A program made the translations under genes and the position numbers. A DNA stretch of 64,000 nucleotides from a virus: positions 1-64,000 of IMG/VR virus record IMGVR_UViG_3300013102_000007; one strand, 5' to 3'. Under the pieces are notes generated by a model that was not told the DNA's origin, did no database searches, and saw only the letters and a program-made list of their open reading frames with translations. Below are positions 33,401 through 43,691 of the stretch, in pieces; positions within the stretch are counted from its first letter, which is position 1, and each line of letters opens with the position of its first letter.

Positions 33401-36400
33401 TCTTTAACTCCGTCAATGTCTATATTTTTAACTTTGTCATTAATAAAATCAATTTCTCTTTTAGTAAAATCCACATTGCCATTTTCATCAATAACAGTCA
33501 AATCAATATCTTCAACCATATCTTTTAAAACCTTGGCTGTTTCTCTATAGGCATCAACCAATTTAGGTTTAGCATCTTCTAAGGTTTTTGTTAATTTTTC
33601 TAAAAGCGCATCAGGATCGCCTGAGTAGAGATTATCTATTACAGAAGTATCTACACCCATTTCATCTAATCTCTCTTTTACAGCCTCTATTCTTGCTTCT
33701 TTATACTCTTTGGTTAATTTTTCAGCATCAGAAAGTATTTTTTGTGCATTTTTATATGCATCACTTACTTTAGCCAAATCACTACCATTTCTAAGTTCAA
33801 GTGTTGGACTTTCTAAAAGTTTAGCTATTTCTGAAGTAGATTTAACTAAATCATCTATGTTGTTTATATATTTTGGATTAATCGAAATAATTTCCCTTAA
33901 TTTAGTTTTTAAATCAGCCGGAATATTTTTATTTAAAAGAGATTTAATTTTTCTTTTATTTTTACTAACCTCATCTAATTTATCTAAATATCTAGCATCA
34001 CCTACTACTTTAAGTAGTTTTTTACCAAAATTTTGTAATGTAGCTAAAGTATTGGCTTTAGATAACTCAGTTACTAATCTTTGGTGAGTACTATTGCTAA
34101 TTTTATCTTTACCGTTAGATGTTAAAAGATTATTAAGTATTTTACCCAATTCTTTGTTTGCTGTTTTAACACTTTCTCTTGTATCTTTAACACCTTTTTT
34201 TATACCTTCTCCAATACCACTAGACAATGTTTTTAAATGTTGCACTAAAGCATCACGATTAGATATTGTGGTTGTACCTGTTATTTTACCCTCTGTTTTT
34301 GCTTTAACAACTTCTTTAATAGGAGCTTGTGTTGAAGTTTTTTGGGCTTCTACACTGGCTTCAACTCCCCCTTTTACAGCTCTATTAAATGCTTCTTCTG
34401 TAAATTTGTTTTTAACTCCTATAAAATCTTGAAAATCTTTAACGGTTTTAATAGTACCACCATCATAAACTTTTTTAGCATAATCTACTAAAGGTTTAAT
34501 ATCAGTTTCAGCATTAGCTTTTTTAGCTAAATCTTGCATGTTAACTAAAATTTCTCCCTGTCTTTCTTTAGCACGTACGAAATCTGGATTAGTCGCTTCA
34601 TATTCTTTAGCAGAATCTACAGCTTTATAATAAATATCATCTATTTCTTTAGAATGTTTTAAACCTAAAGCTGTAGATAAAGCTTTGGCAGATTTAATTG
34701 TACCATCAGCTATACTTAAAACAGCATATTCTAATAAAGCTTTTACACTCTCAGGGTTGAAGCCTGATGTAGCAGTTCTTCTGGATTCTTTTATACCAGC
34801 TAACAATCTTTGTTTAACAACTTCTTTGTAGTCAGTAATACCTTGTTCTCCACCTTTAAAAGCTTCTAAAATATTTTTAGGCGCAACAACTGGTGCCCCT
34901 GATTGTTCAGCAACTATTTTGTTTAATTCATATTGATCTTGTTGTATGTTTGCTTCAGCTTCTTGTTTTTGAACTTCTAACTCAGATTTAGCAACAGGAT
35001 CATTAGAAATTTTAGCAGTTTGTTCAGTTTGCTCTATAACTTGTTCTGATTCTTTAATACGATCAGCAATTTCTGTTTTTTGTACTTCCGTAGGGTTATA
35101 TAAGCGATAAACTTGTTCAACCTTTGCTTCTAGTTGAGATTTAACTTCATTAGGTAAATCAGAACTACGTATGCCCTCAATAAATTTACTAGGGTCTTTT
35201 GATATATTGGCAGTTAATTCTTTAATATCAGCTGCATTTTGCAATGCAACTTGACTTAAGTGTTGTTGATTTTTAGTAGCCTCATCTTTTGCATCAATAG
35301 CTTTAACACCAAGCTCTACAGATTCAGCTCGTAAGTCATCTGCTGATTTGTTTAATTTGAAAATAGCATCAATCTGATCGGGAGTAGCTTTGATAAAGTT
35401 TGCAATTTTATTTTGTTTATTTCTTTCTGCTATATCTTTTGAGACCTTAGCATCTAATGCAATTTTATTACCAATTGCTTTACCAACAGCCGGAGCCTCG
35501 AAAGCAAACCCTGTACCAAATTGTACAGCAGCATCCCTCCAATTTATAGGTTGGCCATTTAACAAATTATCACCAACTGAAGTAGCCCCAAAAGTTGATC
35601 CTACACCAATAGCTTGAAATAATTTTTGAGTTACTTCTCCACCTTTTAAATAACCTTTTTCAAATAATTTTTGAGTTACGCCTTTACCAAGCATCATTTG
35701 AGCTTCTATTGTGTAACCTTCTACAGCACCTTTAAGTCCTTCTTTACCAGCAGCAACCAAAGATTCGCCTGTTGTAGCTCCTTCATTTCTTGAAGTACCA
35801 TAACCTGACAATGCTTTAGAAGCAGTTAAGAATTTAACTAAACTTGAAAAATATTGAGGTGTCGCTGCTGCTATACTTTCTCCACCAGTGGCTGTTGTAG
35901 CCATAATTAAAGGAACAGCTGATACAACACCATGACCTACATCTAATAATCCTCTACCTAAATCTGAAGATACTGTACCATCACCCAATGAATTTGCGCG
36001 TACTGTTAATGATCTTTCTCCATCACGTCTAGCATTTTCTGCAAGATTATCAAACAAACCACCTTTTTGAGAAGTATATTTTTTACCAGTTACACCAGTA
36101 TAAATATCTCCTATTACATCATCAACAAAAGTTGTAGCACCAGCTAAAGGCTCATAAATAAATTTACCAAAACCTTCTGACAAAGTTGATATACCAGCAG
36201 CATCAGCAAATTTAGTTAAACTATCACGACCTGCATCACCCTCTGAAATTTGTGCTTCATTAGCTAAATGTTCATTGAGAGTTGGTAACTTCACATTAGG
36301 ATTGGCAGCTTGATAAGTTGCTAAGGCATTTTGTAATTGATTTTCTGATAAACTATATTTATTTGGATTACTGAAAACAGGTAACTTAACATCAGGATTC

Positions 36401-36825
36401 GCAGAACTGTAAACACTAGATGCGTTTTGTAATTGTTCTTGAGATAATTGAAATTTTTCAGGTTTTTTCGCAGTAATCTGCACTTCATCTAACTGAGTAG
36501 CCGGAATGGTTTGTTCAATAAAATCAGGTGTAGGAAATCCAAAAGGATTATTATTAACACCTTGTTCAGGAAGTTTACCTTCAGGATATTGACTTAAGTC
36601 TACTTTTGGCTCTTCAGTTTTAGTAAATTCAGGAAATTTAGCATTTACCTCAGAAAGGTTTTTATACTTACCACTATTCGCTGTAGCTACGTAATCACGT
36701 AAAAGTTCCTTATCATAAGAATGAAGTTCAGGAAACTTACCATAAACTTCATCCAAATTTTTATACTTACCACTATTCGCTGTAGCTACGTAATCTCTTA
36801 ATAATTGTTCTAATTTTTCGTCCAT
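30487..36825 (-). CDS. giant virion protein (tape-measure / internal ejection protein-like), 2112 aa
   Basis: Uninterrupted 6.3-kb ORF with long coiled-coil stretches and Gly/Ala-rich hydrophobic segments. N-terminal 17-aa motif LLRDYVATANSGKYKNL is duplicated. Confidence 0.8.
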   Translation of the reverse strand: MDEKLEQLLRDYVATANSGKYKNLDEVYGKFPELHSYDKELLRDYVATANSGKYKNLSEVNAKFPEFTKTEEPKVDLSQYPEGKLPEQGVNNNPFGFPTPDFIEQTIPATQLDEVQITAKKPEKFQLSQEQLQNASSVYSSANPDVKLPVFSNPNKYSLSENQLQNALATYQAANPNVKLPTLNEHLANEAQISEGDAGRDSLTKFADAAGISTLSEGFGKFIYEPLAGATTFVDDVIGDIYTGVTGKKYTSQKGGLFDNLAENARRDGERSLTVRANSLGDGTVSSDLGRGLLDVGHGVVSAVPLIMATTATGGESIAAATPQYFSSLVKFLTASKALSGYGTSRNEGATTGESLVAAGKEGLKGAVEGYTIEAQMMLGKGVTQKLFEKGYLKGGEVTQKLFQAIGVGSTFGATSVGDNLLNGQPINWRDAAVQFGTGFAFEAPAVGKAIGNKIALDAKVSKDIAERNKQNKIANFIKATPDQIDAIFKLNKSADDLRAESVELGVKAIDAKDEATKNQQHLSQVALQNAADIKELTANISKDPSKFIEGIRSSDLPNEVKSQLEAKVEQVYRLYNPTEVQKTEIADRIKESEQVIEQTEQTAKISNDPVAKSELEVQKQEAEANIQQDQYELNKIVAEQSGAPVVAPKNILEAFKGGEQGITDYKEVVKQRLLAGIKESRRTATSGFNPESVKALLEYAVLSIADGTIKSAKALSTALGLKHSKEIDDIYYKAVDSAKEYEATNPDFVRAKERQGEILVNMQDLAKKANAETDIKPLVDYAKKVYDGGTIKTVKDFQDFIGVKNKFTEEAFNRAVKGGVEASVEAQKTSTQAPIKEVVKAKTEGKITGTTTISNRDALVQHLKTLSSGIGEGIKKGVKDTRESVKTANKELGKILNNLLTSNGKDKISNSTHQRLVTELSKANTLATLQNFGKKLLKVVGDARYLDKLDEVSKNKRKIKSLLNKNIPADLKTKLREIISINPKYINNIDDLVKSTSEIAKLLESPTLELRNGSDLAKVSDAYKNAQKILSDAEKLTKEYKEARIEAVKERLDEMGVDTSVIDNLYSGDPDALLEKLTKTLEDAKPKLVDAYRETAKVLKDMVEDIDLTVIDENGNVDFTKREIDFINDKVKNIDIDGVKDSNLPSLVAGLTNLVNYGSVTGLGDIVAKNEVYKKSLDENLIGTIQKAILVPKVWLQKQFDEFGSGSQRKDLRLKNQMKIPEIENVTGLSDLVFNTNNKHYKFVDGVRQKLVSLNKKYSKDFKNVVKNIQLGIYADVVQYRNSWTPEQITAEYGNRLAAWQNTLERLKLRAEQNSSFKAENENYIKNLEKALEPIIGNVERNDKGVVVSVEPKISSRDLFGLFDQGHKEFYKLSRESHDSIKDDFFFNARVNSNIDIEADWQNYTTRKYDFLGGNTNQLEALSGQAAGIDPYGSQSFSSINTAKSGSGKTRQLKGNQLPSESVLNGNFMDNFLPNLSIMSYDAFTGSDRVYIKNALDLKSSPVVEKFSDTGLFETYSALAEQKVFETVAAMQYGKSNPETLKRTWRTAAKLGIAQTLGGLFAAPKQFVEVVNIGLKTNTAFVQALSHLAGNTKDAVALIDQSNVKWRDAIYSELPQGNIKQRQFDGTNSRTLLRSLGEGVEKTIDRGTELSLKPLASVDKLTAKIGWLSFYIDYQKKNNEAGVDLSPTNVDRKAMDYANHMTSVTLNESDATMKSKFSKNSLVKTYLLFSSFAINSKMELISNTNRALSSQDGVSKGHALRNMMGNLAGIYAFNKVSQGLKYASIVGSGAAIQGVISSMVDDENKKKKLNQTVTKETDVALTKAEVSGTQNLLRDFLYGGIGGASLELIFNPVIDLTTEAIYTDKEAKDAELGRTMTPNALKVGLLPLGSAGLPIIRGVDAFKAFSAATQTDKDFILKRYGVLNAELNDIVVDEQRLTEEGKAQYGVPKYDRFINYASALSASVSMFGATTQEVGNMRRIATRITKELVKQDRGGEKTKDLDKAIRDAGIVDKITTLKQDYDLNPEQQVTYFQQRDKSLNEIKSKYPFEKYKNRLTKEEYEKVIRNVADKMAEQLTLQSMGEEGEALKETAVEALKAKANERKTRVDYQNK
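36659..36696 (-). repeat. 38-nt perfect direct repeat, copy 1 (in-frame)
   Basis: TTTTTATACTTACCACTATTCGCTGTAGCTACGTAATC is identical to 36758-36795, offset 99 nt. Confidence 0.85.
36758..36795 (-). repeat. 38-nt perfect direct repeat, copy 2 (in-frame)
   Basis: Identical to 36659-36696. Encodes the duplicated DYVATANSGKYKN segment. Confidence 0.85.
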
Positions 36826-36826
36826 C

Positions 36827-38284
36827 TTATCTTACATTACCACCTTTAGCTATTCCAACTTTTATTTTTGTTGTAGGTGTTGTGGTTTTTGTTGTAGGTT
36901 GTTTTGTACCTCTAGCTGCCTCTTGTCTATCGTACTCTTGTTCGTATACACTATAAGCACCTCTGGCAGCTTTAGTTAATTTAACTCTTGGTATTACCTC
37001 TTTAGGGTCGGCAAAATAAGTTGTTTTAATATCACCTAAACCACCAATACCTTTATCAGTTTTTACTATAATAGCTTTCTTTTGATAATTAATTTTATCA
37101 GGATTTTTTTCAGCATAATCTTTTGTGACAATACTACCAGCTTTTAAAGTTTTGCTAGAAATGACTTTACCACCTTTACGTTGTGTTTCGGTAGCAGATG
37201 ATTTAAGAACCGGAACTGTAGCAATTCTGGCCACTTTAAATTCATCAGTTGTATTATTGTTAGCGACAGTATTACCATCAGCATCTTGCATTTTGAATTT
37301 ACCAGCACTTAAAGTAGTACCAATTGGTAAAGCAAACGATTCTCTTGCAGTTATTGTACCAGTTTTCTTAGAACTATTCGATCCATAATTAATATCGTAA
37401 TTTGTATCAATTACAGTACCTGTAGTACTTCCATCACCTCCACCACTTTTACTACCTTTACTTACACTTAAAGGACTTAAATCAGTACGTTGTTTTAATT
37501 TACTGGCTTTATCGTATTCATCAACTACATTAAGTATGTATTGGTCTTTAGTCATACCTAGCTGAGAAGCTACTGTATCTAAAGTATTTTTAAACTTAAT
37601 ATCACCGTTATACTGTCTGTATAAATCTGTAGCAAATTGATCTTTAGGAACTTGTTGTAGTTGATATTGATCAGTAAGTATAGAATTACCTTCTTCGTAT
37701 TTTCTACCAGCTATTCTACGTTTGTCAGCATTTAACAAAAGATTTTTTGCACTTAAGTCAATTGCTTTGTCCAAATAACTTGTATCTCGTGAAGTATATA
37801 AATCTCTTGAAAAAGCATTAGCTGGCAATTTGCTTGTAGGTAAATCGCTGTATTGTTTTATTTTGGTTAAAGCATCTGAAGAAACTAGTCCCATATTATT
37901 AGGATTACCTACCCAATCAGTAAGTTTAACTTGTTGAACACCTCTATCTTTAGAGATATTAACAAATTGCTCCATATCTTCAATCTTTTTTTCTAAATCC
38001 ATTCTTAGAGAAAGTCTGGTTCCTCTATCGGTTGCTTTATTAGCTTTGTAATATGTATCATATACATCATTAAGCTTTTCATTTACTTCAGGTATATCTA
38101 CTTTTTGTACACCATTAGTATTTACCTTTTTAACTATATCAGTTAATTCTTTTTGTTCAGCAGCTAATCTGGCCGCCTCATCTTGTTGTTGTTTAGCGAT
38201 ACGAGCCGCATTACGGGCAAATGCATTGTTTATGCCACTATAATTTAGTATCGTATCGTTTCCACCTTGGTAATCTACAGCCAT
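36827..38284 (-). CDS. hypothetical virion protein
   Basis: 485-aa ORF in the structural block. Its stop is 2 nt before the giant gene start. Confidence 0.65.
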   Translation of the reverse strand: MAVDYQGGNDTILNYSGINNAFARNAARIAKQQQDEAARLAAEQKELTDIVKKVNTNGVQKVDIPEVNEKLNDVYDTYYKANKATDRGTRLSLRMDLEKKIEDMEQFVNISKDRGVQQVKLTDWVGNPNNMGLVSSDALTKIKQYSDLPTSKLPANAFSRDLYTSRDTSYLDKAIDLSAKNLLLNADKRRIAGRKYEEGNSILTDQYQLQQVPKDQFATDLYRQYNGDIKFKNTLDTVASQLGMTKDQYILNVVDEYDKASKLKQRTDLSPLSVSKGSKSGGGDGSTTGTVIDTNYDINYGSNSSKKTGTITARESFALPIGTTLSAGKFKMQDADGNTVANNNTTDEFKVARIATVPVLKSSATETQRKGGKVISSKTLKAGSIVTKDYAEKNPDKINYQKKAIIVKTDKGIGGLGDIKTTYFADPKEVIPRVKLTKAARGAYSVYEQEYDRQEAARGTKQPTTKTTTPTTKIKVGIAKGGNVR

Positions 38285-38322
38285 TTTATAATTTTTTACT
38301 AAGTTACTAAAATATTTTTATA

Positions 38323-38958
38323 TTAGGAAACTACTCCATTAAACCCATAATTAGGAGTTCCATAAGCACCCATAGCACCAAAGAAACCTCCATTACCTGT
38401 TTGTCCACCTTTACTACCATCAAATGCACCTCCTATAGCCATTTGAGTGGCAGAACTTAAACCACCAAAAATATTTTGATTACCAGCATTTCTTAAACTG
38501 GCTACTTGTTGTGCTGTCCTTAAATAGGGTTGAGCAAAATTCCAGTTCCAAACTCTTTGTTCTTCATTAGCAAGCACACCATTCTGTTGTATGGCGAACT
38601 TTTGATTTCCTAAACGTGCAGCTTGATCTTGAGCATTCAAATTTTGTGAAGCTAAATCTGATTGTCTTAAAATACCAGCTAAAGGTATATTTTTACCAGA
38701 CCTAGAAGCAACATTTAAAACGTTCGCTAAATTTTGATCTTGTTGAGTTCTAGCGTTATTATATTGTTGGGATGCTATACCTACATTAGCCATATTATTG
38801 GCAATAGCCGCATTTTTTGCAATATTAGCATTTACCGTAGCAAATGGTAGCTTATTTTTCTTTTCTAAGTTACGAGCTTGTATTTTCTGTACTGCTCCAA
38901 ATCCAACTCCTAAAGCTGCACTTCCTAACCCAAAAATTGATCCTATACCTAAAGCCAT
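38323..38958 (-). CDS. Gly/Asn/Gln/Ala-rich hypothetical virion protein
   Basis: 211 aa with a glycine-zipper-like hydrophobic N-terminus. Confidence 0.6.
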   Translation of the reverse strand: MALGIGSIFGLGSAALGVGFGAVQKIQARNLEKKNKLPFATVNANIAKNAAIANNMANVGIASQQYNNARTQQDQNLANVLNVASRSGKNIPLAGILRQSDLASQNLNAQDQAARLGNQKFAIQQNGVLANEEQRVWNWNFAQPYLRTAQQVASLRNAGNQNIFGGLSSATQMAIGGAFDGSKGGQTGNGGFFGAMGAYGTPNYGFNGVVS

Positions 38959-39011
38959 TATTTTAATATTTTATTGTTTACAAATTTATCGTTTTTTATG
39001 CACCTTATTTG

Positions 39012-39884
39012 TTACTCATTAGGTGTTGAGAGCTGTGATTTAGAGACTATTTTAAATAATTGTAATTTCTTACTACCATCTACTGTAATAAATTCCATAA
39101 CTATAAATCTACCTTTTAATCGATCACCATTTATAATATCTGTTAATTTATCTCTCAAAAAATTAGCATAGTATATATTTTCTTTTTCAATAAAATCTTG
39201 CTCTATTAAATCGGATACATGGCCTAGTTCAGTTTCAATACCATTAAGCACTGTTACAATCATACCATCAGAGTGTATAGCAATAGACTGGTAAGTTTTA
39301 ACACCTACAGAACTAATTGGAAATTTAATTTTAGTTTGAAATTGATTACCATAAAAAGAATTTCTAACATTACCTTCTTTGTGAACGAATAATTGTCCAT
39401 CTTTACAAGTAAACATATCAGTAAACATACTAAAACCTTTTTCCGGTCTGTAGCTTCTAAAAGAAACCCACCTATTAGAGTTTTCTGACCAAGTTATAGT
39501 ATTTTTACTATCATTAGTTTCTTGCTCAATTTCTTTTTGAACTGTTAAAAATCTTACCTCTAAGTAACCACTTCCCCAAAATGAGATTTTCTTACCAGAT
39601 GTTGATGCATTTAAAGTTAAAGTAACATCTTGTGGTGTTGTGTAGTTATAAAGTGGTGTATCAAAACCTACAGCCAAATTTGGACTTTCACTCGCTGCCA
39701 ATATTTTAAAGCTAATTTTATAGTCAACATTTGGTTCTATGTTAAAAGTTACTAATTTTAAAAGATCATTAGTATTACACGCATAATGTATAGCCTTATC
39801 ACCTAAAAGCTCCCAGCCCCTGTCATTAACAAGGTCTTGGAAGTTTAAAATTATAGGTGTATTTTGAATTGTTTCAAATTTCAT
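39012..39884 (-). CDS. hypothetical structural protein
   Basis: 290-aa ORF. Confidence 0.65.
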   Translation of the reverse strand: MKFETIQNTPIILNFQDLVNDRGWELLGDKAIHYACNTNDLLKLVTFNIEPNVDYKISFKILAASESPNLAVGFDTPLYNYTTPQDVTLTLNASTSGKKISFWGSGYLEVRFLTVQKEIEQETNDSKNTITWSENSNRWVSFRSYRPEKGFSMFTDMFTCKDGQLFVHKEGNVRNSFYGNQFQTKIKFPISSVGVKTYQSIAIHSDGMIVTVLNGIETELGHVSDLIEQDFIEKENIYYANFLRDKLTDIINGDRLKGRFIVMEFITVDGSKKLQLFKIVSKSQLSTPNE

Positions 39885-39896
39885 TTTATCTTTATT

Positions 39897-42800
39897 TTAA
39901 AGACCATCATCAGGACAACCTAAAGTATAATTCCAAGCTGTTCCAGACATAGGTGCGTAAACTCTAACTATTGCTACAGTAGGGTTAGCAGTTGTTTTTG
40001 TGAAAGACATAGTACCTGCCCCTACACCTACTATGGTTTCTGACGGTAATCCTCTAGCTGCCAATGCGGCATCCAGTGCAGCTTGGTTAGACGAGTTACC
40101 TCTATATCCTGTATCAATAACTACATCACCATCGTACTCTACAACAAATTTATCAGGTATGTCAAGAGCATCAAAAGTTAATGTTACAGTACCAAGACCA
40201 CTACCTAAAGTTATCATTGTTTCGTTAGGGAAAGATTCTCCACCACTAAAAGCGTTGTCTACACCACATGCTATAATAGGTATGTCTTCTTCTTTTGTTT
40301 CTATATTCCAAGTAGCTGATTTATCACCCATAGTAAGTGTTAAACTAACTGTTTCATCGTTATCAGGACTAGATAATCTTCTAGTTTTTACTAAAGCATT
40401 CGGAGGAACCATTCCTGCAATCGATGTAAAAGCACCACCATTTATGTTGTACTCTCCACCAACTATACTGATAGGAACTGAAATATTTATACCATTAGAA
40501 TAAACAGTATTACTTTCTAATAATGTATTAACTTCTTGGTCAAATAAATCAATAAAAGAGAATACATCTACAGTAGTATCACCTAAAAGTACAGTACCAC
40601 AAGCATTTTTAAATTTCACAACTCCATCTATTGTAAAAGTGACTCCCATAGAATCAGAACCTACATAATCTGTTGTTGGTGTGTACAATAAATCGCTTCC
40701 TAATACGGATAAAACACCATGTGAAGGTTGAACTAAAGTAACATCATCCACATCTATGTCGTAATTATCTTTGTACTCCCAAGCACCGTCACTAGTAAAA
40801 CTAAAAACTACAGGGTGTCCAGATACATCTGTGAAAGTTACATTCCACTCTTTATTAAAATTATCAAAATAACTTACTATTTCAGTTGGTTTAGCAGTTT
40901 TAAGTTTGTCAACAAAGAATTTTTCGTTTTTAACAGTAATAGCTTTCACACCATCATAACCATCCCTACAAGGATAGCCGTTATTTGGATCAATAAAATA
41001 AACTGTTCCATTAGTAGAAACTGCTATAGCTCTTTTTGCTAGTCCGGCACCAAGTTTACTCCCTATATAATTTGCATTATTAAAAAGTTTATTACTAATT
41101 GCTACATTAGCCTGTTCATTTTGATCTTCTAAAATGGATGTATAAACTGGTATATGAGCCACATCTAATTCTTGTAATACAATTAAGTATCTACTTCTCA
41201 TAACCATTTTAGCAATGGCACCATATAAAGAAGTAGTTTCTCCACCAACATCCCCATATATTCTATTTGCATAAAATCTGTTTATGTTGTTGTTAAGGCT
41301 ACCAATACTAAATGTATCTGAAAATCTTAAAGATGCTTTTCTTCTTACTTTACCTACTTCATCATTGTAAGTCCTACCGCGACCTTTACTCCAAAATGCA
41401 CTAGCATATTCATCAGAGAAATTAAAATCCTCTACATTAAACGCAAAAACATCATTTGAATTAGCAACATTAGACAAGAATTTCCTTGGTCTGATGTAAG
41501 AATCAACTTGTTTTATTACTCCTTGAGTAACACTATGTTGTCCATTTACAATATCGTATTGTTCTCCTATTTCATAAAATATTTTAGTATCTATATTTTC
41601 GTTATTTTTCTTAGGAGTATATAACTCTAGTAAAAGCTCTTTACCATTCAAATCACCTGATATGTTCATTAGACTTGACTTTTTGATCTTTAGCAAATAC
41701 TTGGTTATAGCAATAGATGATACAGTTACTACTTTTATTTCAAAACCCGAAATAGCAAAATCCAAAGGTGGTTCATTAAACCATTTTATAGGAGTTGATG
41801 ATCCACTAAAATTATGTATAAAAGCAACCCTATCCCCTTCTGCAAAGTCGTAAGAAACAACCCCACTTTCTGAGTTTTTATTAAATCTATCTAGCGAAGC
41901 TATATTTATAGCTATAAAATCATCTTTACTTTCATCAGCATCATAGATACCAGTTAAATAAAGATTTTTTGCATATTTAGTATTTTCTGATATAAGCCAT
42001 TGATAGCTAACTGCACCTACAGGTGGTTGATGATTAATCTTCCAACCGATTTGAGGAACCAAACCTTCAGTAATGGCGTAATTAGGTGTAGGTGCTACAT
42101 ATTCAGCACCAGTAGCTATAGGCGCAAGTTTACCTTTTGGATAAATATATTCTAAAGCCAATTGATAACTTGTACCAGTTTTAATTACATTAATTGATCG
42201 ACCTTCAACATCGCCACTTCTATTTAATAAAAGAATAGTTGATTTTAACTCATCACCGCTAACTGTTACAAAAAACAATGTTACATGATCTGATGAATGT
42301 ACTTCTCTACGTTTTGTTATACTAAAAAACTGTTCATCGGGTAATCTGTTAAATAAATTAAGGGTAAAAGATTCTAAGTTATTGTCATCAGCTGCTACAG
42401 CAGTATAGTCTATTACAGATGTAGTATCACTAGAATCTAGTGCACCAATATTTATTACTATTCTGTCCCCTGCTTTTGGTGTACCAAAAAAATCTAAAGC
42501 TACATATCTTCTATGTGTCCCACTAATTCTTGATTGTGAAGTATCAACTCTAAAATTTCTTACATCATTTAATACAATTCCGGTGTCCACTTGATATGAC
42601 GTTACTGAAATGTCAACGTCAGTAACTGGCCTATCGTAACCTTCCTCTAAATCACCTAGAACAACTATATCACCATTTACAACTTCTAAAGCACCTGCAT
42701 TATCAGGAATCGCATCATAAGGTTCGTCAGTGTCTAAATCTGATATAGGATCACCAGCACTATTGTTATAAAATATAAATGAATATAAATTGGTAGAAGG

Positions 42801-43688
42801 ATCGTAAGCTTCGTATATTTCATTAGGTATATCAATTGCTGTAGATAAGCTAAGGATATGTTCTCTTGTCACAATTTTAAATTCATACCAAGAGTATTCA
42901 GAGGCTCTCATTGCAAGATGCAATTTCTGAACTCTGTCATCACCAATATTAACTTTTAAAAGTATACCATTTATTTTAGTTGGATCGTTACCAATTGTAT
43001 CAGTTAATTCCAACTCAGGTACAGGTCTTTTAGATATAGTACTCCAAGCAGATTTTTGATTATCATAAAATTCAAACTGTGATCTAAATTGAAAAAGTTT
43101 ACCTTTAATTAAATTAGACTTAGTATTAGGATCATCAATATATTCCGCTAATATTGGTTTTAAGTTTTGTGTCTTTAATAGATTGAAGTCATCTTGCGTA
43201 ATCACTGCACCGTACCCACCATTTTTCAATCTTTCTATGTTGATACAATAGATTAGTCCACTTACACCATCAGTCATCAAAAGATAGGTATCGTGTAAAA
43301 GTTTTACATCATTAAAATAATTGGCCGGAGTTATCTTAAAAACCGGAACACCACCAGTGTCAGTCAAGTCTTCGAATATAACTTGTTCCACTAATGTGTT
43401 ATAATCTAACTCAGTTATCTGATGCCTACCTTGAGAGTTGAATTTAATGTTATACGCTTTTTTTATATTCTTAAATTCGCCTGTGCCTATAACGGTATTT
43501 ATTCCTGAAGGTAACTGTCCATTTGGTGTTAAAAGTGTTGTACTCTCAATATTGGTTCCGTAGCCAGCTTCTTGCTCTGAAGTGCCACCTGTACGATAAT
43601 TAGTTGCGCTAATATAATCGTTAGGAGCTAAATACTCAGGAGCATCATCTGTGTTAAGTCCACCATTTAATAATTTTGTCTCTTGCAT
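39897..43688 (-). CDS. large tail/baseplate-type structural protein (1263 aa)
   Basis: Long beta-rich ORF. The C-terminal part has Ig/cadherin-like segments (e.g. LLYTPTTDYVGSDSMGVTFTIDG). Confidence 0.7.
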   Translation of the reverse strand: MQETKLLNGGLNTDDAPEYLAPNDYISATNYRTGGTSEQEAGYGTNIESTTLLTPNGQLPSGINTVIGTGEFKNIKKAYNIKFNSQGRHQITELDYNTLVEQVIFEDLTDTGGVPVFKITPANYFNDVKLLHDTYLLMTDGVSGLIYCINIERLKNGGYGAVITQDDFNLLKTQNLKPILAEYIDDPNTKSNLIKGKLFQFRSQFEFYDNQKSAWSTISKRPVPELELTDTIGNDPTKINGILLKVNIGDDRVQKLHLAMRASEYSWYEFKIVTREHILSLSTAIDIPNEIYEAYDPSTNLYSFIFYNNSAGDPISDLDTDEPYDAIPDNAGALEVVNGDIVVLGDLEEGYDRPVTDVDISVTSYQVDTGIVLNDVRNFRVDTSQSRISGTHRRYVALDFFGTPKAGDRIVINIGALDSSDTTSVIDYTAVAADDNNLESFTLNLFNRLPDEQFFSITKRREVHSSDHVTLFFVTVSGDELKSTILLLNRSGDVEGRSINVIKTGTSYQLALEYIYPKGKLAPIATGAEYVAPTPNYAITEGLVPQIGWKINHQPPVGAVSYQWLISENTKYAKNLYLTGIYDADESKDDFIAINIASLDRFNKNSESGVVSYDFAEGDRVAFIHNFSGSSTPIKWFNEPPLDFAISGFEIKVVTVSSIAITKYLLKIKKSSLMNISGDLNGKELLLELYTPKKNNENIDTKIFYEIGEQYDIVNGQHSVTQGVIKQVDSYIRPRKFLSNVANSNDVFAFNVEDFNFSDEYASAFWSKGRGRTYNDEVGKVRRKASLRFSDTFSIGSLNNNINRFYANRIYGDVGGETTSLYGAIAKMVMRSRYLIVLQELDVAHIPVYTSILEDQNEQANVAISNKLFNNANYIGSKLGAGLAKRAIAVSTNGTVYFIDPNNGYPCRDGYDGVKAITVKNEKFFVDKLKTAKPTEIVSYFDNFNKEWNVTFTDVSGHPVVFSFTSDGAWEYKDNYDIDVDDVTLVQPSHGVLSVLGSDLLYTPTTDYVGSDSMGVTFTIDGVVKFKNACGTVLLGDTTVDVFSFIDLFDQEVNTLLESNTVYSNGINISVPISIVGGEYNINGGAFTSIAGMVPPNALVKTRRLSSPDNDETVSLTLTMGDKSATWNIETKEEDIPIIACGVDNAFSGGESFPNETMITLGSGLGTVTLTFDALDIPDKFVVEYDGDVVIDTGYRGNSSNQAALDAALAARGLPSETIVGVGAGTMSFTKTTANPTVAIVRVYAPMSGTAWNYTLGCPDDGL

Positions 43689-43691
43689 TTG

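Noticed and set aside
33588-35617. Several plus-strand ORFs (33588-33773, 33710-34087, 34094-34432, 35390-35617) inside the 2112-aa gene.
   Set aside because: They are antisense to a continuous 6.3-kb ORF. Their Leu/Ser/Phe-rich low-complexity products are typical of the reverse frame of Lys/Glu/Ala-rich coding sequence.
38798-39171. Two plus-strand ORFs (38798-39022 and 38974-39171) at the 38323-38958 / 39012-39884 junction.
   Set aside because: They are antisense to the minus-strand structural genes, with no promoter or terminator context.
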